DNA of 63,480 nucleotides, the filler included, from Octopus bimaculoides (lineage: Eukaryota): NCBI RefSeq assembly GCF_001194135.2. It is 9 parts of 7 records of this genome, joined end to end, with 100 filler letters (N's around TTAATTAATTAA, not from the genome) between each part and the next. Parts side by side here need not be neighbours in the genome. Positions count along the whole stretch, not along the records: positions 27,282 to 43,760 come from NC_068983.1; 8 more parts are not named here. One strand, written 5' to 3'. Below the pieces are notes generated by a model. That model was not told where the DNA came from and searched no databases. It saw nothing but the letters and a program-made list of their open reading frames with translations. The translations under genes and the position numbers were made by a program. Shown here in pieces: positions 27,534 to 40,552 of this stretch (positions within the stretch are counted from its first letter, which is position 1; each line of letters opens with the position of its first letter).

Positions 27534-28180
27534 TTGTATAATGCTGAGCACACATGAATGCAGACATGTATCCATAATTCCTTGTATATTGAAATTAATA
27601 CTACATGAAGGTTGTGAAATGGCATAATCCTATGGAACTCACATGATTAAATAAATCTATCTTCTTCACTCATACCTTCTGGCTTTGTTTTTATGTACTT
27701 CTCAGAGAATAATTTTATTGATAATATTTTCTTGATTTTCAGTTACATGGATACTTAACATTACACTTCTTTGTAATTGATTATTATGTGGACTAATAGC
27801 CGAGTCTGTATGAGGAGCTTACTGTGATAGCTGCATGGTTTTCTGAATCCGTCATATACACACACACGCACACACACATATTTATACATATGCATGATTA
27901 CCCATTTGTGATGAGAATTTTTTTAAAACTCTGAATCCCATATTTTTGTTTGAAAGATACAATATTTACATCTATACTAAATTTTGATCACTTTCATCTC
28001 TGATCATTGCCGGGTGTCTACCTTTTGGATTTGTACATAATACTAAGGTGGATTCAAACTAGGAACCTCTATTTCTAAACTAAAGATGGTAACACCCTTG
28101 TCCACTATGTCACTAACACAAATCTGCTATTAGTTTAGAAATGAAGGTTCCATGACCAAATTCAGTTTGATACTATTTAG

Positions 28181-28221
28181 AGATTCAAGAATAAGACACT
28201 TGCTGAGAGTTGGAGATTAAG
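28181..28221 (+). CDS. Candidate 41-nt exon (RFKNKTLAESWRL), unknown gene
   Basis: tatttag|...ttaag|gtaatt. The only open frame ends in phase 2, matching the next candidate exon. The acceptor is weak. Confidence 0.3.
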
Positions 28222-28482
28222 GTAATTGAAACATAGTCTAGCTGTAAAACTGAAAAAAATAGATGGAAATCACATTTGTTGATTCATATTGATTTGCGTA
28301 CCATTATGTAAATGACCATTATATTTCTATTTTAGACAGGAACATTTTTTTAAGCTTGGCTATCTCATTTAACCCTTTTGTTACCATATCAATATTGAAA
28401 TACACCACATTTGTTTAATTCAATTTTGAAAATATTGAAGAATTTAGTAAAATAACTGTCACTATTAAGCTTGTGAACTGAC

Positions 28483-28685
28483 AGAATCATTAACATGCCA
28501 GGTGAAATGCTTAGTGACGTTTCATCTGTTTTCATGTTCCAAGTTCAAATTCTGCCAAGGCTAACTTTGCTTTTCATCATTTCAGGGTTAATGAAATAAG
28601 TACTAGTCTAGCACTGGGGTTGATGTAATCAACTTATTCCCTCCCCCAAACTTGCTGGCGTTGTGCCAAAATTTGAAATCATTAT
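28483..28685 (+). mobile_element. tRNA-derived SINE, family A (gagctggcagaa...gttcaaattcc...(ATT)n), CpG-decayed
   Basis: B-box GTTCAAATTC. Other copies at 30275-30430, 31200-31520, 31900-32130(-) and 47800-47945. Confidence 0.85.
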
Positions 28686-29491
28686 TAAGCTGGTGTTTGG
28701 AACATGATATGAAATTCTGATAGGTTTTTAATTTAGATCACTTTACAACTGAATTTGTTTCATAGGCAGAAGGGTAGTTTCAAGTGAGTTGGTATCAAAA
28801 GGGTTAAACTTCATAAGTCTTACTCACTGAACGAGTTTTCAAATATTAATTCTATGTAATTTGAGGCTATAATTCTGCTTGCCCAAGAATGTATCACTAA
28901 TTTCCTTCAGACCCTCAAAAGTAAAATCTATAGCATCTTTCATGATGCTATGGGATTATGAGTTTCTCTTTTTGTCTGTTTTATTTTTATGTATTTAAAC
29001 TTTATATTTTATAAAAAGGTGTTGTAATAAATGAAATCAAAGGGGAAATGTATAAACAATAAGCTGTTGATGTTGTTAATATTTTAAATGTCAAACGTAA
29101 TCAAATAAAGTTTGGTTCTAATGTGAGATATGTGTTCATTACATTTGAAAGTTAAAACAGAAATTGCTAAATGGAAAGATCTATTTTATTTACATTCAAT
29201 TTGTTTGTTTGTGTTACATATATAATAATAGCCCTGAATTACCGAAATAGTGTGTAATAGTCATATTTATTCAGTGACTGGTACTCACTCCTAAAACTGA
29301 AAACTGCTCAGATGTGATGAATGCAGCTTAACATGACCTGACACGACACATGTGACATTCTTTTGGATACTGACTCTAACTCCCACCACCCCTACATCTT
29401 GACCTAAACTAGTTTTAAGTTCACCTCTCCACTGATAAATTAGTGTTAGATCAGAGCACTTGGCTCAACTATTGATTTTCTTCTTCTGCAG

Positions 29492-29524
29492 AGCGTATGA
29501 AAGGATACCCTCAAAATTTTCCAC
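29492..29524 (+). CDS. Candidate 33-nt symmetric micro-exon (AYERIPSKFS or RMKGYPQNFP)
   Basis: Strong ttttcttcttctgcag| acceptor and |gtgagt donor; length is a multiple of 3; two frames are open. Confidence 0.5.
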
Positions 29525-29834
29525 GTGAGTAACGGAATATGAAATCTCAATTTTATTTCAAATGCCTACTATAGCTATGGGTTTCTGTTTATTTATTACA
29601 TTTATTATATTTATTTATTTATTTTGGAGAGAGGAATATTTGATAATAATAATAATGATGATGATAATAATAATAATAATAATAAAGGGTTAGTGTTTTG
29701 CTATTTTTTAAATTACTTAATTTTGGATAAGAAAGTAACCATTTTTATATATACACTACTATTTAAATTGGTTTAAAATTTTTAGACTAAAAAACTGATA
29801 CACAAACACACACACACACACATGTGCATTTATG

Positions 29835-29874
<40 letters not shown>

Positions 29875-32309
29875 AATGTGTACATATATATTTATATGTC
29901 CAGTCCTCTTTCAATGAAACATTTTTGTAATCCTAAACTGAGTTGTGAAGGGGAAATAATAAAAAAATATTTGTTGCTGGCTGAAAAAATTCAATTATGT
30001 ATATATATAATTTTATCCAGAACATTAAGTTCTATGGTGCTTCAAGATGAAACCAGACTATCATTTTCATATTGCAGTCGCATTGTATGTTCTCTTTATT
30101 TTTAGTGTTCTCTTGTTATTAAAACTAATGTTACCATTGTTGCAATGTTGTGAAATTGTCTTTGTTGCCCCAATATGGCAAGATAATGAAGTTAGCATTA
30201 TTTTTTATTAATATTTGAGGGTGGCACATCACAGATTTTGTAGATTACTATACAAAATACTTTATAGTATTTAGCTGCATCCCTTTATATTCTGAGCTGA
30301 AATCCTGCCAAAGTTTACTTTGTCTTTCATCCATCCTGGATTGATAAACTGCCAGCCAGGTACTGAGTTCAATATAATTAACTGGTCCCTACCCCCAAAA
30401 TTTCTGGCCTCATGCCTATTCTACGAAATTATTATTATTGTTATTGTTGTTACAATTTTGATTATTGTTGTTATTGCTATTATTATGATTGTCAACCTGG
30501 TGGATACAGTAATGTGGTGGTAAGTTTTTGGTGAACTCAGTGGTTTGGTTTCAATCCCTGATTGAAATTGAAGCAACTATGTCACTAATGCCTTTGGGAA
30601 AGGCATGAACTTTGTTTCTCATACCCTGCATTCTTAAGTCTTCAAGTTTAAGTGAAACATTATGCTTGTGGTGAGTGTTACAATGCAATGGTAAGTTCTT
30701 GACAAACCAAGTGTGCCATTCAGTTTTGATTCTAAATTTATACCATTTCACTTTATCTACATTGTTATGGAAGATATGAACTACTCAATTTCTCATCCTT
30801 CTCAAACATGTATATAAGAAACTAGATTACAAATTTGTGCATGGTTTCTTGAATGGCAACAAAAAGCTTCAAAATACCACACAAATTACACTTTATCTTT
30901 TCAGATTGCTATATTAAAAAAAAGAAACACCCCAAAAAAACTGTCTTTGGTCATAAGTCTGCTTGGTCAAATTATGCCTGAGGCCAAACAACAACTTTTT
31001 ATCATACCACTGAAGTAGCTGGTCTTGAGCAAAGAACCAGCGATCCATATGGATTGATGGTATCTACCAATTGCCTCTTTTCAAAAATTACAGGCATCAT
31101 GCCTAAATTAGAAACCATTATTTTGAAGGTGATGGATTGGCCAAAACATTAGTGCATTGAACAAAATGCTTTTCAGTATTTGTTTGTCAATAAAAAAGAT
31201 ACTTAGCAGCAATACTTCCTGCTCTCTACATTCTGAATTCAAACTCTACTGAGGTCAACTTTGCCTTTCATCCTTTTGGGCTTGATATATTCAATCTAAC
31301 TCTCCTGCTAAGTTTACTGACCTTGTGCCAATATTTGAAACCATCATCATTATAAGAGATGAATTATAAGAATCACTAGCATGTCATAAAAATGTCTTGC
31401 ATTATTTGATTTGGCTCTTTGCATTCTGAGTTCAGACCCTGCCAACATCAACTTTGCCTTTCATCCTTTTAGGATTGATAAAATAAAGTAATAGTTATAG
31501 ACTGGAAGTTGATTTCATTGACTAGAAATTTAATACCCTGATCCAATGCAAAAAGATTATATAAAGAGCAGAATGCCCGTCTAAATGTCTTGCAGTATTC
31601 ACTTATGTCCCCTTACATTTCTAGTTAAGTTTTTGTTGAAGTTGACTTCACCATTCATACCTTCTGGTGTTGTTTAAGTTAGGTGCTAGTTGTATACTTG
31701 TGTTGATTTCATTAACTGTAACCATTCTTTAAAATGTGTGATCTTTTACTGATATCAGAAGTCATTATTATTACTATTAGAGTTACAACCTTGTTTTAAC
31801 TAATCAATCAAAACTGAAAGGCATCATTCAACTAAAATAACCAAACTTCAAATTTATGTTAAAAATGTTAATGTTAATAATAATAATAATGATAATAATA
31901 ATAATAATAATAATAATACTTTTTTTTCTAATTTTGGAACAGTCAGCAATTTTAACAGGGGGCATTTAGTTGATACCATTGACCCTAATACTTGATTGTA
32001 CTTTATTTTATTGACCCCTAAAAGGACAAAAGGCAAAGTTGACCTCAGCTGGATTTGAACTCGGAACATAGAGAGCTGGAACAAATACTGCAAAGCATTT
32101 TGTTCAAGGCTGTAATATTTCTGCCACCTATAATAATTATTTTTAGGCCAGAAATTTTGGGTTGAGGGCATTAGTCAATTACCTCTTCTCCCAATCCCCC
32201 ACCCTCCCATACATGACAAGTGCTTTACTTAACCAACCCAGAAAGAATAAAAAAGCAAAGTTGCACTCAGCAGTATTTGAACACAGAACTTTTTGCTTTT
32301 GGTTTAAAT

Positions 32310-34195
32310 CCCACCAAGATCAACTTTGCTTTTCATCCTTCTGAGATGGATAAAATAAAGTACCAGCACCTGTTCCCTTCAAAATTGCTTAAGTCAGAAA
32401 CCATTATTATTCGAGCTGGCAGAATTATTAGCACTCTGGTCGAAATGCTTAGTAGCATTTCACCCATCTTTATGTTCTGAGTTCAAATTCTGCCAAGGTG
32501 AACTTTACCTTTAATCTTTTTCAAGGCCAATAGAATAAGTACCAGTCATGCACTGGGGTCAGTGTAAATGATTCACCTGTCCCTTGAACTTGTTGACCTT
32601 GTGCCAAAGTTTGAAACCATTACGATTATTATTATTAAGGCATCTGAGCGTGATCATTGCCAGGGTCTCTGACTGGCTCCTATGCCGGCAGCACGTAAAA
32701 AGCACCATTCGAGCATGATTGTTACCAGCGTCGCCTTACTGGCACTTGTGCCGGTGGCATGTGAAAAACATATGAGCAAGGTCGTTGCCAGTGCTGCTGG
32801 ACTGGCTCCTGTGCAGGTGGCATGTAAAAAACACCATTTGAGCGTGGTCATTGCCAGTACCATGTGACTGGCCCTCGTGCCAGTGGCACATAAAAGTACC
32901 CACTACACTCTCGGAGTGGTTGGCGTTAGGAAAGGCATCCAGATGTAGAAACTCTGCCAGATCAGATTGGAGCCTGGTGCAGCCATCTGGCTCGCCAGTC
33001 CTCAGTCAGACCGTCCAACCCCTGCCAGCATGGAAAGTGATGTTAAACAATGATGATGATGATAAGCTGGCAGAATCGTTAGCATGCCAGGTAAAATGCT
33101 TAGCAGTATTTCGTCTACCATTACATTCTGAGTTCAAATTCCGCCATGGTCAGTTTTACCTTTCATTCTTTCGGGGTCAATAAAATAAGTATCAGTTGAA
33201 CACTGGAGTTGATGTAATTGACTCATCCCCTCCTCCAAAATTGCTGCCCTTGTGGCAAAAATTTGAAACCATTATTATTATTATTAAGGCAGCAAGCTGA
33301 CAGAATTGTTAGCATGCCAGGTGAAATGCATTGCAGCATTTCATCTGCTACTATGTTCTGAGTTCAAATTCCACTGAGGTCAACTTTACTTTCATCCTTT
33401 TGGGTCGATAAATTATGTACCGAGGGATCAATGTAATCAACTAGTCCCTTCTCCCAAAATTCCAGGCCTTGTGCTTTTAGTAGAAAGGATTATTATTATT
33501 ATTATGATTATTACTATTGTGAGCTGACAGAATTATTAGCATGCCAGACAAAATGCTGCTAAGCATTTTGTCTGTCTTTACATTCTGAATTCAAATTCCT
33601 GAGGTTAACTTTGCTTTTCATCCTTTCAGTGTCGATGGAGTAAGTACCTGTTAAATACTTGGGTCGATGTAATTGACTATCTCCCTCCCCCAAATTTCAG
33701 GCCTTGTGCCTATAGTAAAAGGAATTAATATTAAGTAATATTAAGTAACAAGCTAGCAGTAACAATCATTAGCACGCCAGACAAAATACATAGTGGCATT
33801 TTGTCTGTTTTCATGTATTAAGTTCAAATTCCTCTGAGGTCAACTTTGCCTTTCATCCTTTTGGGGTGTAAGAAAATAAGCACCAGTTGAGCACAGGTCG
33901 ATGTAATCGACTTACCCCCTCCCCTAGAATTGCTGCCCTTTTGCCAAGATTTGAAACCATTATTATTATTATTATTAAGTAATGAGCTGGCAGAGTCATT
34001 AGCATACCAGACAAAATGAATTGTGGCATTTCTTGCAGCTTTACATTCCAAGTTCAAATTATGCTGAGATTGACTTTGCCTTTCACCCTTTCAGCTCGAT
34101 AAAATAAGTACCAGTTGAGCACTGGAGTTTATTTAATCAACTAGCCTGCTCCCCTAAAATTTCAGATCTCGTGCCTATAGTAAAAATAATGATTA
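32310..34195 (+). mobile_element. Head-to-tail cluster of six complete and one partial family-A SINEs plus one (GAT)n-tailed fragment
   Basis: Copies at ~32413, 33064, 33288, 33519, 33750 and 33983, each starting in the preceding simple-repeat tail. Confidence 0.9.
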
Positions 34196-35352
34196 ATAAT
34201 GAAGGTTGGCAGAAATTATATTGTGCCTAACAAATGCTTTACCTTATTTAATTATATCCTTTTTTATGTGGTGACTGTGAATCCCTTTGCAGTTGACTTT
34301 ACAGTCTCACAATTTTGCTGAAATAAGTATCAGTTAAGTATTGTAACCAATTAAATGGACTATTCATTGAATGCAACTTTGTGACAGTGGGCCAAAGTAA
34401 AAATCATTATTATTTTAGCTATTTTCTATTTTTAATTCTGCTTATACTTAAAAAAAAAAGAAAAAGTCATCTTTCCATAACTGTTTTCCTTCTCAATATA
34501 CATGCACAATGTTCTTTTCTTTGAATTCCCTCAGAGTGGGAAAATAAAATTTGCATTTTCTATTTTTTAATCTCTTATTTTATTTTTGGTGTCTCTTTCA
34601 ATTATCTGAAGAATACTGATATTTCATATTGCCAACTATTTTGTGTATCAAGAAATGTAACCAAAATCTCTGGGATAGGAGAAAGTTCAGAAAGCTAATT
34701 TTCTCTAATTGTCCATGATTGAACCATTTCAATATTTCCAATTATATTTATTACCATTTCAACTGGCATAAATCCAGTTCGATCATTCTTTGCTGACATT
34801 CAAAGCAACTCTGATCATAGGACTGTTTCAAATGAGGTAAAAGTATGTTTCTCATCAGTTTATATATATTTATTTTTATTACAGTTGAATTTTTTTCTTT
34901 GTGTCAATTAATTTGATGTAAAATCATTGTTGTGTCAGTTTAAAATTCAATTATTCCTAACTTAATACATTTAGAAAAAAATTATGACATTTTTATTTCT
35001 GTAATGGAGTAAAGGTAAAGATGCTTTTTAAAAGCACATACATGGTGATGAGGCAAAAATTATTTTTATTTTTTTACTTCACATAAAAAATATCTCTTTT
35101 CAGATGTGTTTTATTAACATCTGATGTCTGCCTTTTTTTCTATCTCTCTCTCATGAGTGTGCTTGTGGGTGTGTGTACATATATTAACTAACTAAAAGTT
35201 AATTAGAACTATGAAAAAAAATCTATTTGAAACATATATTTTCGTACAAGAGAGAATCTCAAAGCTATGAATCTGAAGATGTCTATTAGTATGGATATTG
35301 AAACATTTTACTAACCTTTTACCAAAAAAATATCAGGTTCTTTTTCTTATAG

Positions 35353-35433
35353 AGCAGCATTGGTTGAAGTAAAGGAAGAGATTGGCAAGAAATAAGCACT
35401 CATGACAAATTTCTTTATGATGATAACAATAAA
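35353..35433 (+). CDS. Candidate terminal exon (AALVEVKEEIGKK*, stop 35393-35395) with AATAAA at 35428
   Basis: Branch-point consensus TACTAAC (35309-35315), pyrimidine tract ttctttttcttatag|, short reading frame, poly(A) signal, then a T/G-rich downstream tract. Confidence 0.55.
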
Positions 35434-35475
35434 TCCAAAATATCTATGTGTACCATGTTTTGATTTTGACATGAT

Positions 35476-35550
<75 letters not shown>

Positions 35551-38500
35551 TGTTTTCTCTCTTCTCTTTTAATACTGAAAATATCAAATGACTTCAACCA
35601 AGTCAATAATGAATTGTCCTGAAAATATCACTTGAATTATCATTACATTTTTATATATACAGATTAGATTAATCTATTCTTTTCTTTACTATTTTCTCTG
35701 TTAAGAAACAACTATTAAGTTAATTAAAAGCCTGTCAGAGGATAGTCAGAGTTTGCATTGACAAGTTCATCTAATAAAATTTTTAAAATTTCCAAGTGTC
35801 TTCTGCTATAGCCCTAGACTGACGAGTACTTTTGAGTGAATTTGGTAGACAGATGTATACAAAGCTGTGTGTGTATCTGTACATGTATATCATCATTTAA
35901 CATTCTGTTCCATGCCGTCATGTGTTGGATGTATGGCAAGACCCAGTGGGTCCAAGGACTGCATTGTGCTTCAGTGTCTGCTTCGGCATGGTTTCTATGG
36001 CTGGATGCCCTTCCTAATGCCAACCACTTTACAATGTGTAGTGGGTGCTTTACTCATTCCACTGGCACTTGTGAAGTCACCATGCAGCTTGCAAGCCTAC
36101 GAAACCTGGAGGTAGAGCAGGGTTGGTGGGATGGGGGGGGGGATTATTCTAGCAGATAAAAGATAAGGTGTAAGAGAAGGGGATGGAGCAAAGCAGGTTC
36201 CTGTTGAAGATGAGCTACATGACTACTTACGTTTGGGAGAGAGTGAGAAATTAATCAATTGTGGCTGTGAAGAGATAAATAGTGATAAGATGGCCAAGTG
36301 GCACCTTGAGGTATGAGGTATGCAGGGGACAGAAACTAGGAGTTTTGTATGGGGTGAGGGTTTTCAGGTGTGCAGGGGATGGGGAGCAAGAGATAGGGGA
36401 TATATATTTATATATATACACACACACACACACACATAAATATATACAATACACTCATACATGTGGTGAGCTGTGGAATGTGATTCTTGTTGTTATTTCT
36501 TTGTCAACCAATCTTTGTGCTTTTGAAGGTGAATGAAATGTAAACTTCTTTACTTTAAAAACGTGTAAGAGTTTTTCCTTTACAGGAAGGGCATCCAGCT
36601 GTAATTCAATATTTACTTATCTCTCCCATGCTAGCATGAGGGGAAAAAACTACCTACAAGGCCATATGTGTGTGTCTTTATGTATGTCAAAGACAACAGA
36701 AATCCAAAGAGGATTCTACATGAATTAAAGATAACTATATAACAAATAGTTATATTTTACAAACTTAATGTTTTAGAAAAGAAATTCAGCTTACACTAAG
36801 TCAGTTCACAACTTCAGTAGCCTATGTAGGTTTATATATATCTCATTGCACTGCACATTGGGCAAATGTCTTCTTCTACAGCCCTGAGCTAACCAAAGCC
36901 TTCTGAGTGGGTTTGATAGTAGATGGAAACTAAGAAACAATCCTGTTGTATGTGTACACACACACACGTGGGTTTTGTGTATTTGTTTACATCTGTTGCT
37001 CACTTATATGAAAGTCATGACATTCGCATAGTCTTCTTGTTAGCATTTCTCTTGTCAATAAATGTTTGCATCATGCTTTCAAAACATTTTATTAACCTTT
37101 TACTGTTTATTCATTGCCAAAAAAATACCAGGTTCTTTTTCTTATAGAGCAGCATTGGTTGGAATATGAGATCCTCATATTCCAAGCTTGTTGGAATATG
37201 AGATCCTCTACTTGAAAAAGAGCATCCAGCTATGAAACAAATTTCTTAATAACATATTTGTCTAACCCAGGCTAATGTAGAAAATCATGCAAAAACAAAT
37301 GAAAATATATATAAAAGATAAAGATAAATAGGTCTGTCATGAGCTTACAGGTTCATCAGGCTCAAGTTTGTCCAGTCGCCATTGCTTTTAAACACCTGAG
37401 AGAGTACAATACTCTGCCATTGAATGAGAAGCTAGTCTCCCACACCTGGTGCTTATACTCATTTTGTGTTGAGTAGACTGGGGCATGTGCATGCACAAAC
37501 ACACATGCATAACTGCAGACAGACATACAGAAAATGACTGAGAACATCCCTTGCAGTATTTAGTTAGGCTCATTTACTTCCTGAATTCACTTTCTTCTGA
37601 AGTTATTTATGCTTTTTTATTTTATGAATGTGAATAAAAGAAATACAGTTGATAATAAATGTGGGCATTACCGTGGTTAAAAAGTTTGGGATACAATCTC
37701 ATAGTTCTGAGTTTGATCTCACTTCACAGTGCTTGTGAGTATAATTTGGTAGATAGTAAAATAGGATAATTGATACTTGGCCAAAAGGAAGCCTATCTCA
37801 TTTTATGAATCATCACTCTCAATGAAATCTTGTGACCTAGAACTGGATGGTTAATGGTGATGTTGGAATTGGCTTGATTTCTAGATATGGCTTCTCAGTT
37901 AATCCTGTGTTGACATTTATTGGTGCTGCTGTTAATTCTGAGCTGACATTTAATTGTTGATGCTGCTGCTGCACTTAGAGATATCCTAAGTGGTATCCAA
38001 TGAAAGGTGACTTGACTGATTGCTATGAAGTTGCTCACCATCACACTTCAACAACCTCTAGTCATCTGAAGTTATGCCAGATAGTATCTTCTACTATAAC
38101 TTCGAGCTGACCAATGCATTGGGAGTAGAATTTGGTTGATGGAGACTGTATGTGTATCTCAGATATGAGACATATGACAAGTTGATAATTTTAGTGAAGA
38201 TCCATTGTAAATTTTGTTATGCCTGATACAAGTTATATATGTATGTGTATATTTTCTTCAGTAGCCATGCAGGAGTAGTACAACTATCAGAGGTTTTTGT
38301 TTGATTATAACAGTGCAGTTTATTGTTCTATATTCTACTGACTGTCATTTTAACTGGTGATGTTGTGTTGAAAAAAAAATAAACACAAAGATGTCTGTGT
38401 GTATATTTAAAGAGAGAGAGAGAGAGAAAGATTTAAGATGGTTGTCTGCATAGTTTCAGTCTACCAAATTCCATTTGCTACAAAGTATTGGTCAACCTAA

Positions 38501-38621
38501 ATCTATACAAGAAGATACTTCCCAATGTGCCATGTAGGGTACTGAATCTGGAACCATGTGTGTGTGAAGCAAACTTCTTAAAAGCACTGCTTACATACCT
38601 CCCCCCCTCCATATGTGTATA

Positions 38622-38683
<62 letters not shown>

Positions 38684-39469
38684 GGATAGATAGATATTAA
38701 AATTGAGAATTATGGAAATATTATTTGCAGAGTTATGGCATAAGAAAATAGGAAATTGGAAACCTTTGGTATTATTTATTCACCATTACATGTGTTTCAT
38801 AGTTACGATGAATTGTTATAATGGAATAATTAGATGTACTTCAATAGGAAACAGCTGGGATTTACTCTAACTACCTACAAGAGTGATAGATAATGTTCAA
38901 TTTGTTGTGACTATATTTGCTTGTAAACAAACAAAACCTACAATATATGCAATTTAAATGTACACATTTGTATTTATATACCCATACACTTTATATACAT
39001 ATGTGTGTGTGTGTGTGTGCGTGTGCTGTTACTATTTTATATACTGACATGGACTAAAACATCTCTAAACTTTAACTGAAACACCATAAAAAAGAAGCAT
39101 CTCATCAGAATTATTTCGTTACATATCATCATCAAGGCTCAGACAATGCACCTATCTTTTCTCCTCTTGTTGTCCTTGCTGTGTTTTACTCCCCCTCTTT
39201 AGAATATTACTCTTACTTGTTTCAGTCACTTGACTGTGGCCAAATCCACTCACAAGGCTTTGGTTGGCCCAAGGTTATAGTAGAAGACACTTGCCCAAGG
39301 TGCCACGCAGTGGGACTGAACCCGGAACCATGTGGTTTGTAAGCAAGCTACTTATTGACTCTGTAGAATTTTTTTCCCCACAAACATGGTTTTACAGATG
39401 TTTTAACTGAACAATTTGTATTAATCTCGTCAATTATGAAATATCTTCAAAAGTTAGAGCCTTGTTCTC

Positions 39470-39860
39470 CTGCCTAATATATGTCTTGGGAGGGTCAACT
39501 CAATATTTCCCACCAGCTAAAAAAAGAAACAAGTATCAGGACTTGGTTGAAAAGGTCCTTGTCAAGGGATAGCATGCAGCCTCATTTTCCACTGAAGTTG
39601 CTACCATGGCTTTCCAGATAGATTGGTGCTATTTCCTACAGAATATAAGTCTGGAATTCAGACAACTGAAGAAATTCACCGGGGAGATAGGCAGAACAGC
39701 TGAAACCAGCTCAAGGTAACTATGGTTCATCAGAGAATGCAAGTGGAGCCCTTTTACAGATGAAGAGTAGTTCAGTCCTCACTGCCTCACTCAGGTGATG
39801 TGTACAGGCTAAGGGAGCAAAACACTTGTGACCCTGAGACACCTGCTGGCAATATGGAAG
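39470..39860 (+). mobile_element. 3' fragment of a restriction-like-endonuclease (RLE) non-LTR element, HERO-like
   Basis: V(P)WEGQLNISHQLKRNKYQDLVEKVLVKG*HA...EV(G)YHGF...AE...LWFIRE resembles the ELTVPWE...RK..KY..L...EVGCRGF...WLW RLE terminus. Confidence 0.7.
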
Positions 39861-40359
39861 GGTTTTCAGCATTCTGTTAGATATAGAAGAGTTTGTAAAA
39901 CCTCTGAGTAACTCCTGCACAAGCCAAAGCATCTCTGATATTTATTTCACCTCTCTCTCTCTCTCTCTCTCTCNNNNNNNNNNNNNNNNNNNNNNNNNNN
40001 NNNNNNNNNNNNNNNNNNNNNNNNNNNNNNNNNNNNNNNNNNNNNNNNNNNNNNNNNNNNNNNNNNNNNNNNNNNNNNNNNNNNNNNNNNNNNNNNNNNN
40101 NNNNNNNNNNNNNNNNNNNNNNNNNNNNNNNNNNNNNNNNNNNNNNNNNNNNNNNNNNNNNNNNNNNNNNNNNNNNNNNNNNNNNNNNNNNNNNNNNNNN
40201 NNNNNNNNNNNNNNNNNNNNNNNNNNNNNNNNNNNNNNNNNNNNNNNNNNNNNNNNNNNNNNNNNNNNNNNNNNNNNNNNNNNNNNNNNNNNNNNTTAAT
40301 TATTAATAAATTAATAATCTTTTACCCTATATCTGTAATGATATATATATATACACATA

Positions 40360-40552
40360 CATAATTAAGGGATCAGCAACAGTTGCTTCACCACATACCG
40401 AAATTTAGAAATAGCAGTTAAAGTGCTAATTCTACTACTACAATATGTCTCCAACAGATGGAGACATATTGTAGTAGTAGAATTAGCACTTTAACTGCTA
40501 TTTCTAAATTTCGGTATGTGGTGAAGCAACTGTTGCTGATCCTTTAATTATG
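40360..40552. repeat. Near-perfect inverted repeat (94-bp arms, 1 mismatch, 5-nt loop ACAGA)
   Basis: 40360-40453 is the reverse complement of 40459-40552. Confidence 0.95.

Noticed and set aside
28483-28685. tRNA genes suggested by GTTCAAATTCC / GGTTCAATTCC boxes
   Set aside because: These are SINE heads continuing into SINE bodies and tails; no complete cloverleaf seen.
32310-34195. CRISPR-like repeat-spacer appearance
   Set aside because: Units are ~220-bp diverged SINEs in a eukaryotic context; no unique spacers or cas genes.
37840-37975. Minus-strand frame QQQHQQ...TEKPYLEIKP, resembling a ZNF linker
   Set aside because: No Cys/His ligands, weak acceptor, and an internal tandem duplication explains the openness.
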